Part shown: in pieces, positions 55,043-64,000 of the stretch
How the letters are laid out: each line of letters begins with the position of its first letter
How positions within the stretch are numbered: the stretch's first letter is position 1
DNA from: Thecamonas trahens ATCC 50062
Lineage: Eukaryota > Protista > Apusomonadida
Assembly: GCF_000142905.1 (NCBI RefSeq)
Contig: NW_013657643.1
Span: 204,054 to 268,053 of the forward strand
Direction: 5' to 3'
Length of the DNA stretch: 64,000 bases
Notes under the pieces: model-generated
Told to the model about the DNA's origin: nothing
The model's input: only the letters and a program-made list of their open reading frames with translations
Databases searched by the model: none
Made by a program: the position numbers and the translations under genes

Positions 55043-58000
55043 GCAGCCTGAGCTCGATCTGGAATGGTACCAGACAACGGTCGAGGTGGTGTCGGCGAGC
55101 GGACTGGCGTCTAAGGACCGCAACGGGTACTCTGATCCGTATGTCAAGCTCAACTTCCCGGGCTCGGCTGTGAGCTTCAAGACATTGGTGAAGAAGAAGA
55201 CGCTTAACCCTGTGTGGAAGCAGCGTTTCCTTCTGCACCCCGACGACATGCCCCTGCAGAAGATCAACGTCGAGTGCTGGGACAAGGACTACGGAACCAA
55301 GGACGATTTCGAGGGCCAGCTGACGGTCAACGTGGCAGCGTTCCCACTCAACGAGACTGTGACGCGCAACTACGTGCTGCAGGGCCGCGGAAAGCAGGAG
55401 GAGATCTCGGGCTCGGTGCGGCTTGCGATCACCAAGGCGGCACGGCTGAAGCAAGCGCCGCCGCCGTTGCCGACGTCTGCCCACGGAGGGACGCAGGAGG
55501 CCAGTGTGACGAGACGGCGCGAGAAAGGCAAGGCCGAAGTTGAGGGTGTGGTGGGTGAAGCAAGCTGCGATGCAAGGAGCGATGACGCGAGCGCGCACAG
55601 CCGGCTGGCCGATGTGTGGGTGCCTGCATCGCGGGAGGAGGCTGACGACTTTACATGGTTCGGCATGAGTCTCCTGACGCAGGCACTGGGTGCCCTGACG
55701 ACCAAGGCGACGACGCCGCTGGCGCGGCTGCGGGCTGCGGGCGCCGAGCTTGTGGTCCGGGAAGTGCTGTGTGTGCAAGTCCGGTGGTACGGCGAGCTGC
55801 TCCACATCCTGCACAAGGCGCTGCTGAAGCGGGTGTGGGACGCAGAGAGCACCAAGGAGCGCGCGTCGCTCTTTGACGTCCTCACCGGGCTGCTGGTGAC
55901 ACTGCGGTGCGCGGGGCGGACGATGGACGGCGAGTCTGCGGGCTGCTACCGGCTGCTCGCCGAGCATCTGCAGGCAAACGTGGCGGCCAATGCCAAGGTG
56001 CAGACGACATACGTGCAGACGCTGACAGGCTTGCTTGTGGTTGCTGCGGGCTCGTTTGCGCCGGCCGCACCGCTCAAGGTGGGCGCGTGGTGGGAGGAAG
56101 TGCGGATGATGGAGCGCGTGGTCGACGGCTTCCTTGCCGAGTCGATCTCGTCGTTTTCGCGCGAGGTTCTCGAGGCTGCGTACACCGCCAACTGGGCGAG
56201 CGGGCGGGTGTTTGCCACGCCGCACCCGTACCGCAACTCGATGGATGAGTGGTACGAGTATGAGGCGGATGGCGCAAGCAGTCTGCAGCTGAGCTTCTCG
56301 CCGCTGTGCAAGAGCGAGCGCAACTACGACTACCTTGAGGTGTACGAGGGGACGCGGCGGCGGCGCGGCGCGAGGCTCGGGCGGTATTCGGGAACCAACT
56401 TTCCGAGCTCTCTGACAGCCCGCGGCTCGGCGGTGGTGATGCAGTTTGTGTCAGACGCGTCGTCGACCGAGTGGGGCTTTGAGGTCCTTGTCACGCCGCA
56501 GTTCCCGCCGGGCTACCGGCCGGCGGGGATGGTGTCGGGCGTAGAGGCCATGATCCCGCAGTTTGCATCCGGATGGAACCTCGACTACGACGTGGCGCTG
56601 GCCAAGCTTGTTAACAAGATCACCGAGCAGCGGTCGCTCGAGTCGTGGCGCTCCGTCCGCGAAATTTCTGCGGTGCTGCCCGAGGTGCTCGACGGCTCGT
56701 CGGAGTTTGACTTTCTGGACGCGGAGCGAGCGACTGCACGGCTCCCGCTGCTCGGCTATCTCAACCGACTTGTGGAGCTCTCGCTGCCGTATGTGGACAT
56801 GACGCGGACGCGGTCGCCGCATTCGCTGGCAGCCAAGCTGCAGCGTGCGGCAGGCCTGCTGTTTGGCGATTATAAGGCACGGTACCTGAGCGACGTGCTG
56901 GGCGCAACCGGGTCCAGCTCGGACCGGCCGCGTATCACGGTCCACCGGGTGCGGGCGATGGAGGTGGTGGCTGCGGCGAGCGCGGCCGACCCGCCGGGCT
57001 CTGTCCTTGTCTCACTGCCGGACACGATTGTGGGGCAGGCAGCGGCAGAGCTTGCGCAGGTGCCTGTGGCGCGACTGCGGCAGTCGGAGCGCGCGTTCAA
57101 GGTCGAGTTCCGCGGCGAGGGCTCGATCGACGCCGGCGGGCCGTATCGCGAGACGATTTCGCAGATGGCGGAGGAGCTCCAGGCGCCGGGCAGCATGTTC
57201 ATGCCTGTGCCGAACGGGGCGCTCAATGTGGGGATGAACCGCGGCGCGTTTGTGCCTCGGCCGTCGCTGGATGGCGAGTACGCACGGTCACTGTTTGTGT
57301 TTGTGGGCCGGCTTCTCGGGGTGGCGCTGCGGACCAAGGGCTCGTTTGAAATGACCCTCGCGCCGCTTGTGTGGAAGGCACTGCTGGGGCAGGAGGTGGG
57401 GCAGGAGGACCTTGCGCAGATCGATATCACGACGGTGCGTGCGGTCGAGTCTGTGCGGTACATCGATCAGCAGGGCATCGACGCAGAGACCTTTGGTGAT
57501 CTGTTCTTTGAGGTCTTCTCGACGCACCTGTTTGACGGGACTGAGGTTGAGCTCCAGCCGGGCGGGTTGGAGCGCGAGCTCACGTTTGACAACCGCGACG
57601 AGTATTGCGACCTGGTCTTTGCTACCCATGTGCAGGCGTACACAAAGCACGTTCCCGCGATGCGGGCTGGGCTGGGGACGATGGTCCCACTCCCGCTGAT
57701 CTCGACGGTCTTTACTCCCGACGAGGTCGAGCTTCTGGTGTGCGGGCGGGCGTCGATCGACGTGGCGCTCCTCAAGTCGCAGACCGAGTTTGGCTACGGC
57801 CTCACGGCGCAGTCGCGCGAGGTCGAGTGGCTCTGGTCAGTCCTCGAGTCGTTTTCGCCCGAGGAGCAGGCGCAGTTCTTGCGGTTTGTGTGGGGCCGGT
57901 CACGGCTGCCGCTCAACGCCACCGGCTTTGACCAGCAGTTCAAGGTCAAGAGGATGGACGCGCGCGGGCCGGCCGACGGTGCACTGCCTGTGGCGCATAC

Positions 58001-58133
58001 CTGCTTTTTCCAGATCGATCTTCCGGCGTACACCTCGCGTGAGGCGCTCCGCGCCAAGCTGCTGTATGCCATCACCCAGTGTTGCTCCATCGATGCCGAC
58101 ACAAACACGGTGGACCGCTCGGCCTGGGGATGA
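47220..58133 (+). CDS. Giant (~3,590 aa) HECT E3 ubiquitin ligase: MGNAES N-terminus, three CUB-like domains, propeller-like region, WW, C2, HECT; exons 47220-47391 and 47546-58133, apparent frameshift ~54621
   Basis: GTACGT...TGCAG phase-1 intron. Three (E/T)xxHPYxN...D.S...WGF domains. WW [30 protein letters not shown]. C2 VVSASGLASKDRNGYSDPYVK...TLNPVW...WDKD. HECT GEGSIDAGGPYRE...FLRFVWGRSRLP...LPVAHTCFF. Confidence 0.9.
54925..55052 (+). repeat. Coding (PEPQ/PEPE)n linker repeat in the HECT ligase
   Basis: cccgagccgcag / cccgag tandem units. Confidence 0.9.
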
Positions 58134-58194
58134 TTGAAGTGTTGTCAAAAACGTGCGGTTCCACGACTGTGGCTCGAGCAGATGTGTAAAGGAT

Positions 58195-59093
58195 TTAGTA
58201 CGCGCCGGCGTTGAGGAGGACGAGAAGCGAAGGCGTTGAGAGGCCCTTGGAGACCCACTCCTCCTTGGTGATGGAGCCGTCCTGATCGTGGTCGAGCTTG
58301 GCAACAATGCCGTCGACAAACGAAGCCGCGGCCTCGGTCTCGCGACCGAGCGTCTGCGCCACCAGAAGCATCTGCTCGATGACAGCGCGAAGCTCCGAGT
58401 CGGAGAGGTGGCCGGACGAATCGGCGTCATAGATCTCGAACAGGTACTCGAGCTTGTCCTCGGCCGGCATGACCGAGAGCATGGACAGCGCCAGCAGCAG
58501 CTCGTTGAACGAGATCCCGCCCGACTCGTCATGATCAAACGACCGGAACATCAGCCCGAGTGTTTCATCCGACGTATCCTCGCCAAGCTGCTTCTTCATG
58601 AACGATCTGTCCCCATGCCCGACCATACCCAGCCACCCATGCCAATCACGATGCGACAAGGTGAGTCGGCTGACCGATCGTTCCGAACCGCCAAACAGCC
58701 AGCCGTAACCCCCCCCCTAACCCCTGCCCCCCCCCCCCCACCACACACACCACATCCCATGCCATCCCCTGTATCCCTCCCAACCCATGCATTGACCTTC
58801 CCCTGCCCTGGGTACCTCCCCCATGCCTCTGCGCGCCGTTGGCCAAGGCTATGTGCGAGGTGGTGGCGGCGGTTTGGCCTGACAAGGAGGGAGGGAAGGG
58901 GAGGCAAGGGGGGGGGGGGGGGGGGGTCGGCAATGACGTACGCAAACTCGGTCGAGTCCAGCTGAAGGTCACCATCGGTGTCCTGCTCCTTGAAGGCCTT
59001 GTGCATGGACTTGATTTCATCCTTGGTAAAGTGAGTCTTCTCCTCAAGAGTCGTGACCTCGTCCTTGGAGAGACCAGAGTTCTGGTTGCCCAT
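58195..59093 (-). CDS. Neuronal calcium sensor/frequenin/calcineurin-B-like EF-hand protein; exons 59093-58942 and 58606-58195
   Basis: MGNQNS myristoylation motif; THFTKDEI; EF loops DTDGDLQLDSTE, DHDESGGISFNE, DADSSGHLSDSE, DHDQDGSITKEE. GTACGT...ACAG phase-2 intron. Confidence 0.92.
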
Positions 59094-59144
59094 GTTGGTG
59101 GTGTCAGTCAGGTGTGGCACGGGGCGAGCGGCTGCGAGGAGGAG

Positions 59145-59244
59145 NNNNNNNNNNNNNNNNNNNNNNNNNNNNNNNNNNNNNNNNNNNNNNNNNNNNNNNN
59201 NNNNNNNNNNNNNNNNNNNNNNNNNNNNNNNNNNNNNNNNNNNN
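59145..59244. other. Assembly gap (100 N)
   Basis: Run of n. Confidence 1.
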
Positions 59245-59284
59245 TAGAGCCAAGAAACCTGGCCTACTCAGCCTCAACAGACAT

Positions 59285-59528
59285 TACGCAGGCCTTGACG
59301 ATGGCCATCATCAGTTCTTTTTTCCTTGTCTCCGCGGTTCAGGGTCCGCATGCCTGTGAGGAGCTCAACAAAGACGCAGCCGATGGCACACCTTCTACGA
59401 CCGGGCCAGAGCTGTCGCCGCCGATGGGAATCTCGCTTTGGCTGTACTGGAGTCTGATCACCTTGATTAGGTAGCCCGCTCGGTCGTCGCTCCCGCGGGT
59501 GAGTCCAAGATTGCCCTTTCTTCACCAT
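59285..59528 (-). pseudogene. Degenerate, frameshifted CMGC (CDK/MAPK-like) protein kinase fragment, subdomains VII-X
   Basis: Across frames: MVK../GNLGLTR (cf. KIxDFGLAR); VIRLQYSQSEIPIGGDSSGPVVE (cf. VxTxWYRAPEILLGxxxYGPxVD); AIGCVFVELLTG (cf. WAIGCVFAELLTG); RGDKE..LMMAIVKAC. Confidence 0.5.
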
Positions 59529-60800
59529 TCTCTTGCTGGATCATATGGGGGGGGGGGGGGAAGGGGGAGGACGAGGGGGGCAGCCTCTCCACCGCCAACA
59601 TCGTTTTCACGAGTGGCTGCTCTCGCGATAGGTCGAGGCCCCAGGCCCCAAGGATATGATCGAGCAAGAGAATGCTGTGCTAAGGGCGAGCTGGGACCAG
59701 GGCGGAACGGCGTGGGGCGAGGCCTCTGTTGCCTGCGCAGCCTTTCCTGCGCAGATCCAAGCGCATGCAACCGTTTTCGACGTCTTTGGGTCTCGCCTTT
59801 ACCGCTCGCCACTGGCACAGTGCCAAAGCTCTCTGTCGCGTGGCTCCTTTAACCATCACTGCATCGATGGCTGTAAGGGCTATCGATACGTGGTGAGCGA
59901 GGGTGGCCAGGCGAGAAACGAGACTCGTTTCGTCGCACGCGAAGGATCGGATCCGCGGCGGGCACAAAACCGAACAAAGTGCAGGCCGGCTCAAGATCGA
60001 GAAGGAGAAAGACATCATTAGCATCGCGTGGTTAAGCACCCCCCCGGCACATGTTGTGGGTGTGGGCCTAGGACCGCACGTAGAGCAATCTTTGTCAATT
60101 ACGTGTCGTGGATCACTACATGTTCTCCATATGAGACACCGACGTGACAACATCTTCTCCCTCATCCCCTTCCTCCCATCCACCATCCCCCTTTTTTTCC
60201 CTCTCATTACTGCCCCCCTCCCCCATCTCCCGGCCCTTCCCAAGCCTCCCTACTCCCGTCATCCACTTCCCCTATCCCCATGTTGATTCTCCCGCTTTCC
60301 GCCACGCCCCTCTCTCTGTGCCTTTTTCCGTAGCCCAGGCCGTCTCGGCCCCTTTGGTAGCCGCACTCCAAGCATGCCAACAAACAGACAAACAAACAAT
60401 CAATCAAACAATCAATCAAACAGACAAATAATCATAATTCCATCGGATCCCTCCCATTGTCACCACAAACAGATAATAGCACCCATACCTTGATGCAAGC
60501 CCACGCCAGCCATCCTTGCAGAAAATCACATCCATAGCCATAGCCATAGCCACATCCAACCACACGATCACGCCCATATCCACCACAACCACATCCACAT
60601 CCACCACATCGATGATATCAAAATCCCCCTTCCCCTCCACCCCCCCCCCCCCCCCCCCAACCATTCTTGGTATGATGACTGATGCACCACCGCGTGGATA
60701 AAACGTGATTGACGAGTTGGACAGGCAGGCAACGGCCACACGCACGCAGTCGCACACGCCACCACTTGACTCTGCCCACACCAGGCCCGCCGCACACATC

Positions 60801-63800
60801 ATGGCATATGCTATAGTGGCCATGCCCACGGTGGAACAGCTGGTGGCGCAGCTGGAGAGTGACGTCGACAATGGCCTGCATCCGTCGTCGGTGGCGGCGA
60901 GAGCAGCAACGCTAATGGACAACGGCGGCAGTGGCGGAGACCGGTTGAGGGATGCAGAGGCTCAGAACGGTGGCAACAGCAGTGGTAGGGGTAGGGGAGG
61001 GAATGATCCTGCTTTGATGTCCGCTTCTGCGATGGTCGATCTCATTCCCATTTCTATCATCCTGGCCCTCATCGCTGCCATTGTTTGGCGCTACTCGCCG
61101 CAGCCCGGTCACAGCTCGCCCGGTGCCATCGCTCTCATCGTCCTCCTCGCGCTTCAGCTCGCGTCAGCGATATTTGTCTCTGGTATACTGCTGTATTTGC
61201 GTGTGCGGGATCGGAATACAGATCGTGCGCTGGGTGAGATGTTGCCTCACCTGGTCGAGGTTGTTCGCGGCGGCGTTCTCGATCGCATCGAGCCAAGCGA
61301 ACTCGTACCCGGCGACGTTGTCCTCCTCCGCGCCGGCGATGCTGTGGCAGTCACCCTGCGGGTGGTGGCTTCGGATGGGTTGCAGGCTGACGCGTCGGGT
61401 GTGACTGGCGAGCAGGCGCTGTTGACCCTAGATCTAGAGCCCCGCCCGACCAACATGCTCCGTCCGGGCACCCTCATCGTGGCAGGCACAGGCAAGGGCA
61501 TTGTGCTTCGGTTTGGTGGCGCCTCTCCTGACGACGACAACATTGACCATATGGTCGATACAAGCCGCTCACAGGCTCCAGAGCCGACCGACGCCGACGT
61601 GCGCTACTCGCTCCAAGGGCGCATCACCACGACCTGGCGCGCCGTCGCTGGCCTCCTTGTCGCCATTGGTATCGTGGCTTGCATCCTGCGGTACCTTGAC
61701 ACACCTTCCGGCGAGCGCAAGGCCGCCGTCGTGCTTACTGGCACCATGCTGCTTGCGGCGATTGCAGGTCTCTCGTTCCGCGTCTCGTTTGCCGAGACGC
61801 TGGCGTCGCTCGCCAAGGGCATGGTCAATACCAACGTGCTCGTCAGCCAGCTGTCGGCTATCGGCCTGCTGGCGCGGATGACCCGGATAGTGGTTCCGCT
61901 GGAGCATCTGAACAACTCAGAGGTCGTGTTCTCGTCGTTTGCGGTCAATCCGCACTTTCGCACAGCGCTGCAGCGGAGCCCGGAAGCCGGCCGCGGCCGC
62001 CCACTGTCGCAGCGGGTCTCGGAGCTTGAGCTGGAGGCCGGCAAGATGCGCGAGGTCGAGCATGCTCGCCGCAGGCGGCCCAGCAGCTCAGACTCGAGCT
62101 ACTCGGACTCCTCGTCATCGACTTCGGTGAGCAACGGACGGTCGGCGTCGGCGACAGCCGACAGAGCCTCCAGTGGAAGTGGTCTCCCGTGGTCGCTGGT
62201 CAGCCAAATCGACGCGTCGGTTGTCCATTACCCGCCCGAAGTTGATGCGCTGTTCCGGCTGCTGATTGCGCTGGCGCCGGCGCCAAACACCGAGCCCGGA
62301 CCTGGTCTGGAGCGGTCTCTTGCCGCGGTTGCGCGTGGCGTCGACCATCACAGCTCGTTTTCAGTCCCGACAGCCCTGGCGTCGCTCAAGCCGGTTGCAC
62401 TGCAGGCTAGAAGCCAGCCTGACGGCCTGGTGGTGCGCGCATTTAGGGATCTAACCTTTTCGTCATGGGAGAGCTCGGGGGGAGTCTTTGCCGCCTCGTC
62501 GTCACACGTCCACTGTGTGGCGTTTGGCGAGGTTGAAGCCGTCGTCGCGCTGGTGGCCAAGACAAACCCCATGTTCGACACGGCCGTTTACTCGCGGTCT
62601 GTGGCGGCGGCCGCTGCACACGGGCGCGAGGCCTTTGCCGTGGCCTACGCCGCCGTTGCGGTCTCCAACCCCGGTGCGCTGCCGACGTACGATGACGTCG
62701 CGGGAGCATCGGGCTCCAAGGTCAAGGTGGCCAAGGCTGGTGTGCCGCTGGAGGATTTGAGCGTAGCCGCTGCTCTTGCTGAAGGCGAATTTGCCATGGT
62801 AGGCTTGGTTGCGCTGGAAGGCTCTTCGATCCACCCACAGTCTGCAGCTAGCATCGCGGCGCTGGGTGCAGCTGGTGTCCAGGTCGCAGTGCTTGCACCG
62901 TCGACCACACCGCGAGAGCTGGAACGCGTGGCGCGCGAGCTCGGGCTCGAGCCCGACAACGTCATGCCTGCGGCGGCTGTGGCGGCTACCGAGTTCCCAC
63001 CCATGTTTGCGCCGCTGGTGGCCGGCGGCGACCGGCGGACAAGCCGCCAGCTGGTGGCCGGGCTCCGGGCTGGCGGCATGTGTGTCGGCGCATTGGTCCG
63101 CTCCGCCGACGATGTGGCCGCACTCTCGCAGGCAAACGTCGTCATCGCGACTGGTATCTCGGGCTCCGAAGTGGCCAAGGCGGAAGCGCAGCTCATTGTG
63201 CTCGACGACTCGCTGTCGTCAGTGGCAGACGCTGTGACCCGGGCCAAGCTTCTGCATGTCTACGTCTCGCTTGTTGCAGCCGTGTGGATGACGTTGCTTC
63301 CGATCCTCGCCGTGCCGTTCATCGTCTACGGGGCGACCGGTTGGCAGACGCTCTTGCCGACGCCTGCGCTGCTCGCCGCGCTCCTCTCGTCGTCGATCAT
63401 TGCTGCCTTTGGTGGCTGGCTCGGCATGACCTCTCTCTCGCGCGTGAGTGGGGTCTCCGATGCCGCGCTTCTTCCTCGTCTCAGCTACGCCATCATGCCA
63501 GCCAAGCATCTGGTCACGTGCCTAGCGGGGGGGCTCGTGCTGGGCGGGCTCAGCACGACCCAGTTTCTGTTTTCCGTCAGTAGAAGATCGCACCTTGATC
63601 ATCTGCGGGTGAGCGCGTCGCACGATGCCATGTATGCGTCGGCAATCCAAGCAACGCAGGTGATTATGAGTGCTGCAGGGCTCGTCTCTGGCGTGGCGTA
63701 TTGCATGCGCAGGTTCTTTGGCGCCGAGCTGACCTCGCGACTGCTCACGACGATGGCCATTGCGCCGGCCCTCCTCGTCATCGCCATCTTTGCCTTTGAA

Positions 63801-63956
63801 TCCTCAATGGGTTTCGGCTACACTGCTCCGAACGAGTCGTTGCCGGTTCTTACCCTTGTCGTCCGCGCTGGTATGGCGTTTATTGCCGCTAGCGGCGTGG
63901 CTTTTACCTGCTCGCGGTCAATTCTCCTGTCGCTGCTGGAGCTTCGCGACGCGTAA
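60801..63956 (+). CDS. P-type ATPase-like membrane protein (type II architecture) lacking catalytic motifs
   Basis: Cation_ATPase_N-like QLESDVDNGL; VVRGG...ELVPGDVVLLRAGDAV; DASGVTGEQ; GTGKGIV; LAKGMVNTNVLVSQLSAIGLLA; ALSQANV...GISGSEVAKAEAQLIVLDDSLSSVADAV; about 10 TM helices. DKTGT is absent. Confidence 0.88.
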   Translation: MAYAIVAMPTVEQLVAQLESDVDNGLHPSSVAARAATLMDNGGSGGDRLRDAEAQNGGNSSGRGRGGNDPALMSASAMVDLIPISIILALIAAIVWRYSPQPGHSSPGAIALIVLLALQLASAIFVSGILLYLRVRDRNTDRALGEMLPHLVEVVRGGVLDRIEPSELVPGDVVLLRAGDAVAVTLRVVASDGLQADASGVTGEQALLTLDLEPRPTNMLRPGTLIVAGTGKGIVLRFGGASPDDDNIDHMVDTSRSQAPEPTDADVRYSLQGRITTTWRAVAGLLVAIGIVACILRYLDTPSGERKAAVVLTGTMLLAAIAGLSFRVSFAETLASLAKGMVNTNVLVSQLSAIGLLARMTRIVVPLEHLNNSEVVFSSFAVNPHFRTALQRSPEAGRGRPLSQRVSELELEAGKMREVEHARRRRPSSSDSSYSDSSSSTSVSNGRSASATADRASSGSGLPWSLVSQIDASVVHYPPEVDALFRLLIALAPAPNTEPGPGLERSLAAVARGVDHHSSFSVPTALASLKPVALQARSQPDGLVVRAFRDLTFSSWESSGGVFAASSSHVHCVAFGEVEAVVALVAKTNPMFDTAVYSRSVAAAAAHGREAFAVAYAAVAVSNPGALPTYDDVAGASGSKVKVAKAGVPLEDLSVAAALAEGEFAMVGLVALEGSSIHPQSAASIAALGAAGVQVAVLAPSTTPRELERVARELGLEPDNVMPAAAVAATEFPPMFAPLVAGGDRRTSRQLVAGLRAGGMCVGALVRSADDVAALSQANVVIATGISGSEVAKAEAQLIVLDDSLSSVADAVTRAKLLHVYVSLVAAVWMTLLPILAVPFIVYGATGWQTLLPTPALLAALLSSSIIAAFGGWLGMTSLSRVSGVSDAALLPRLSYAIMPAKHLVTCLAGGLVLGGLSTTQFLFSVSRRSHLDHLRVSASHDAMYASAIQATQVIMSAAGLVSGVAYCMRRFFGAELTSRLLTTMAIAPALLVIAIFAFESSMGFGYTAPNESLPVLTLVVRAGMAFIAASGVAFTCSRSILLSLLELRDA

Positions 63957-64000
63957 AAGCCATCAGTCTCCTACAGCGTTTCCAGGTCGAGCACAGCCTG

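Noticed and set aside
59560-60700. Possible gene or mobile element upstream of the P-type ATPase-like gene
   Set aside because: Short ORFs without recognisable motifs, simple repeats ((CAAA/CAAT)n, poly-C/G), and no terminal repeats or transposase signature.
1-64000. tRNA, rRNA, transposon or viral genes
   Set aside because: None recognisable by eye. tRNAscan-SE/Infernal/RepeatMasker would be needed to exclude small or diverged elements.

Overview
GC-rich, very gene-dense eukaryotic genomic DNA with few introns (GT-AG, mostly GTACGT/GTATGT donors, low-complexity C- or G-rich intron bodies) and two assembly gaps (16214-16419, 59145-59244). Gene content, notably a WW-motor-MyTH4-SH3 class IV-type myosin, ciliary coiled-coil proteins and a large FG-GAP/beta-helix multi-TM receptor, suggests a flagellated protist such as the apusomonad Thecamonas. 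That assignment is inference. About 22 genes are supported: SDR, NT-C2 coiled-coil protein, PTC7-like PP2C, FG-GAP multi-TM protein, triple-PH protein, NDUFS6, POLD4, RRM protein, myosin, AlaX, thioredoxin-fold/ZZ protein, DUF4200 protein, Sec23/24-like, LAMTOR3, SHPRH, F-box/LRR, ankyrin protein, BBOF1/CFAP157-like, a giant HECT E3, an NCS-1-like Ca sensor and several hypothetical proteins. The standout is a two-exon single-pass receptor (16495-19800). It fuses a Venus-flytrap ligand-binding domain, via a TM helix and coiled coil, to a PDE8-like cyclic-nucleotide phosphodiesterase whose metal ligands are substituted, making it a candidate receptor (pseudo)phosphodiesterase. The window also holds an intact but catalytically dead-looking P-type ATPase, a redox-dead thioredoxin-ZZ protein, a decayed CMGC-kinase fragment and several apparent single-base frameshifts that are probably assembly errors. 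All domain calls come from recognising motifs by eye; no database searches were run.
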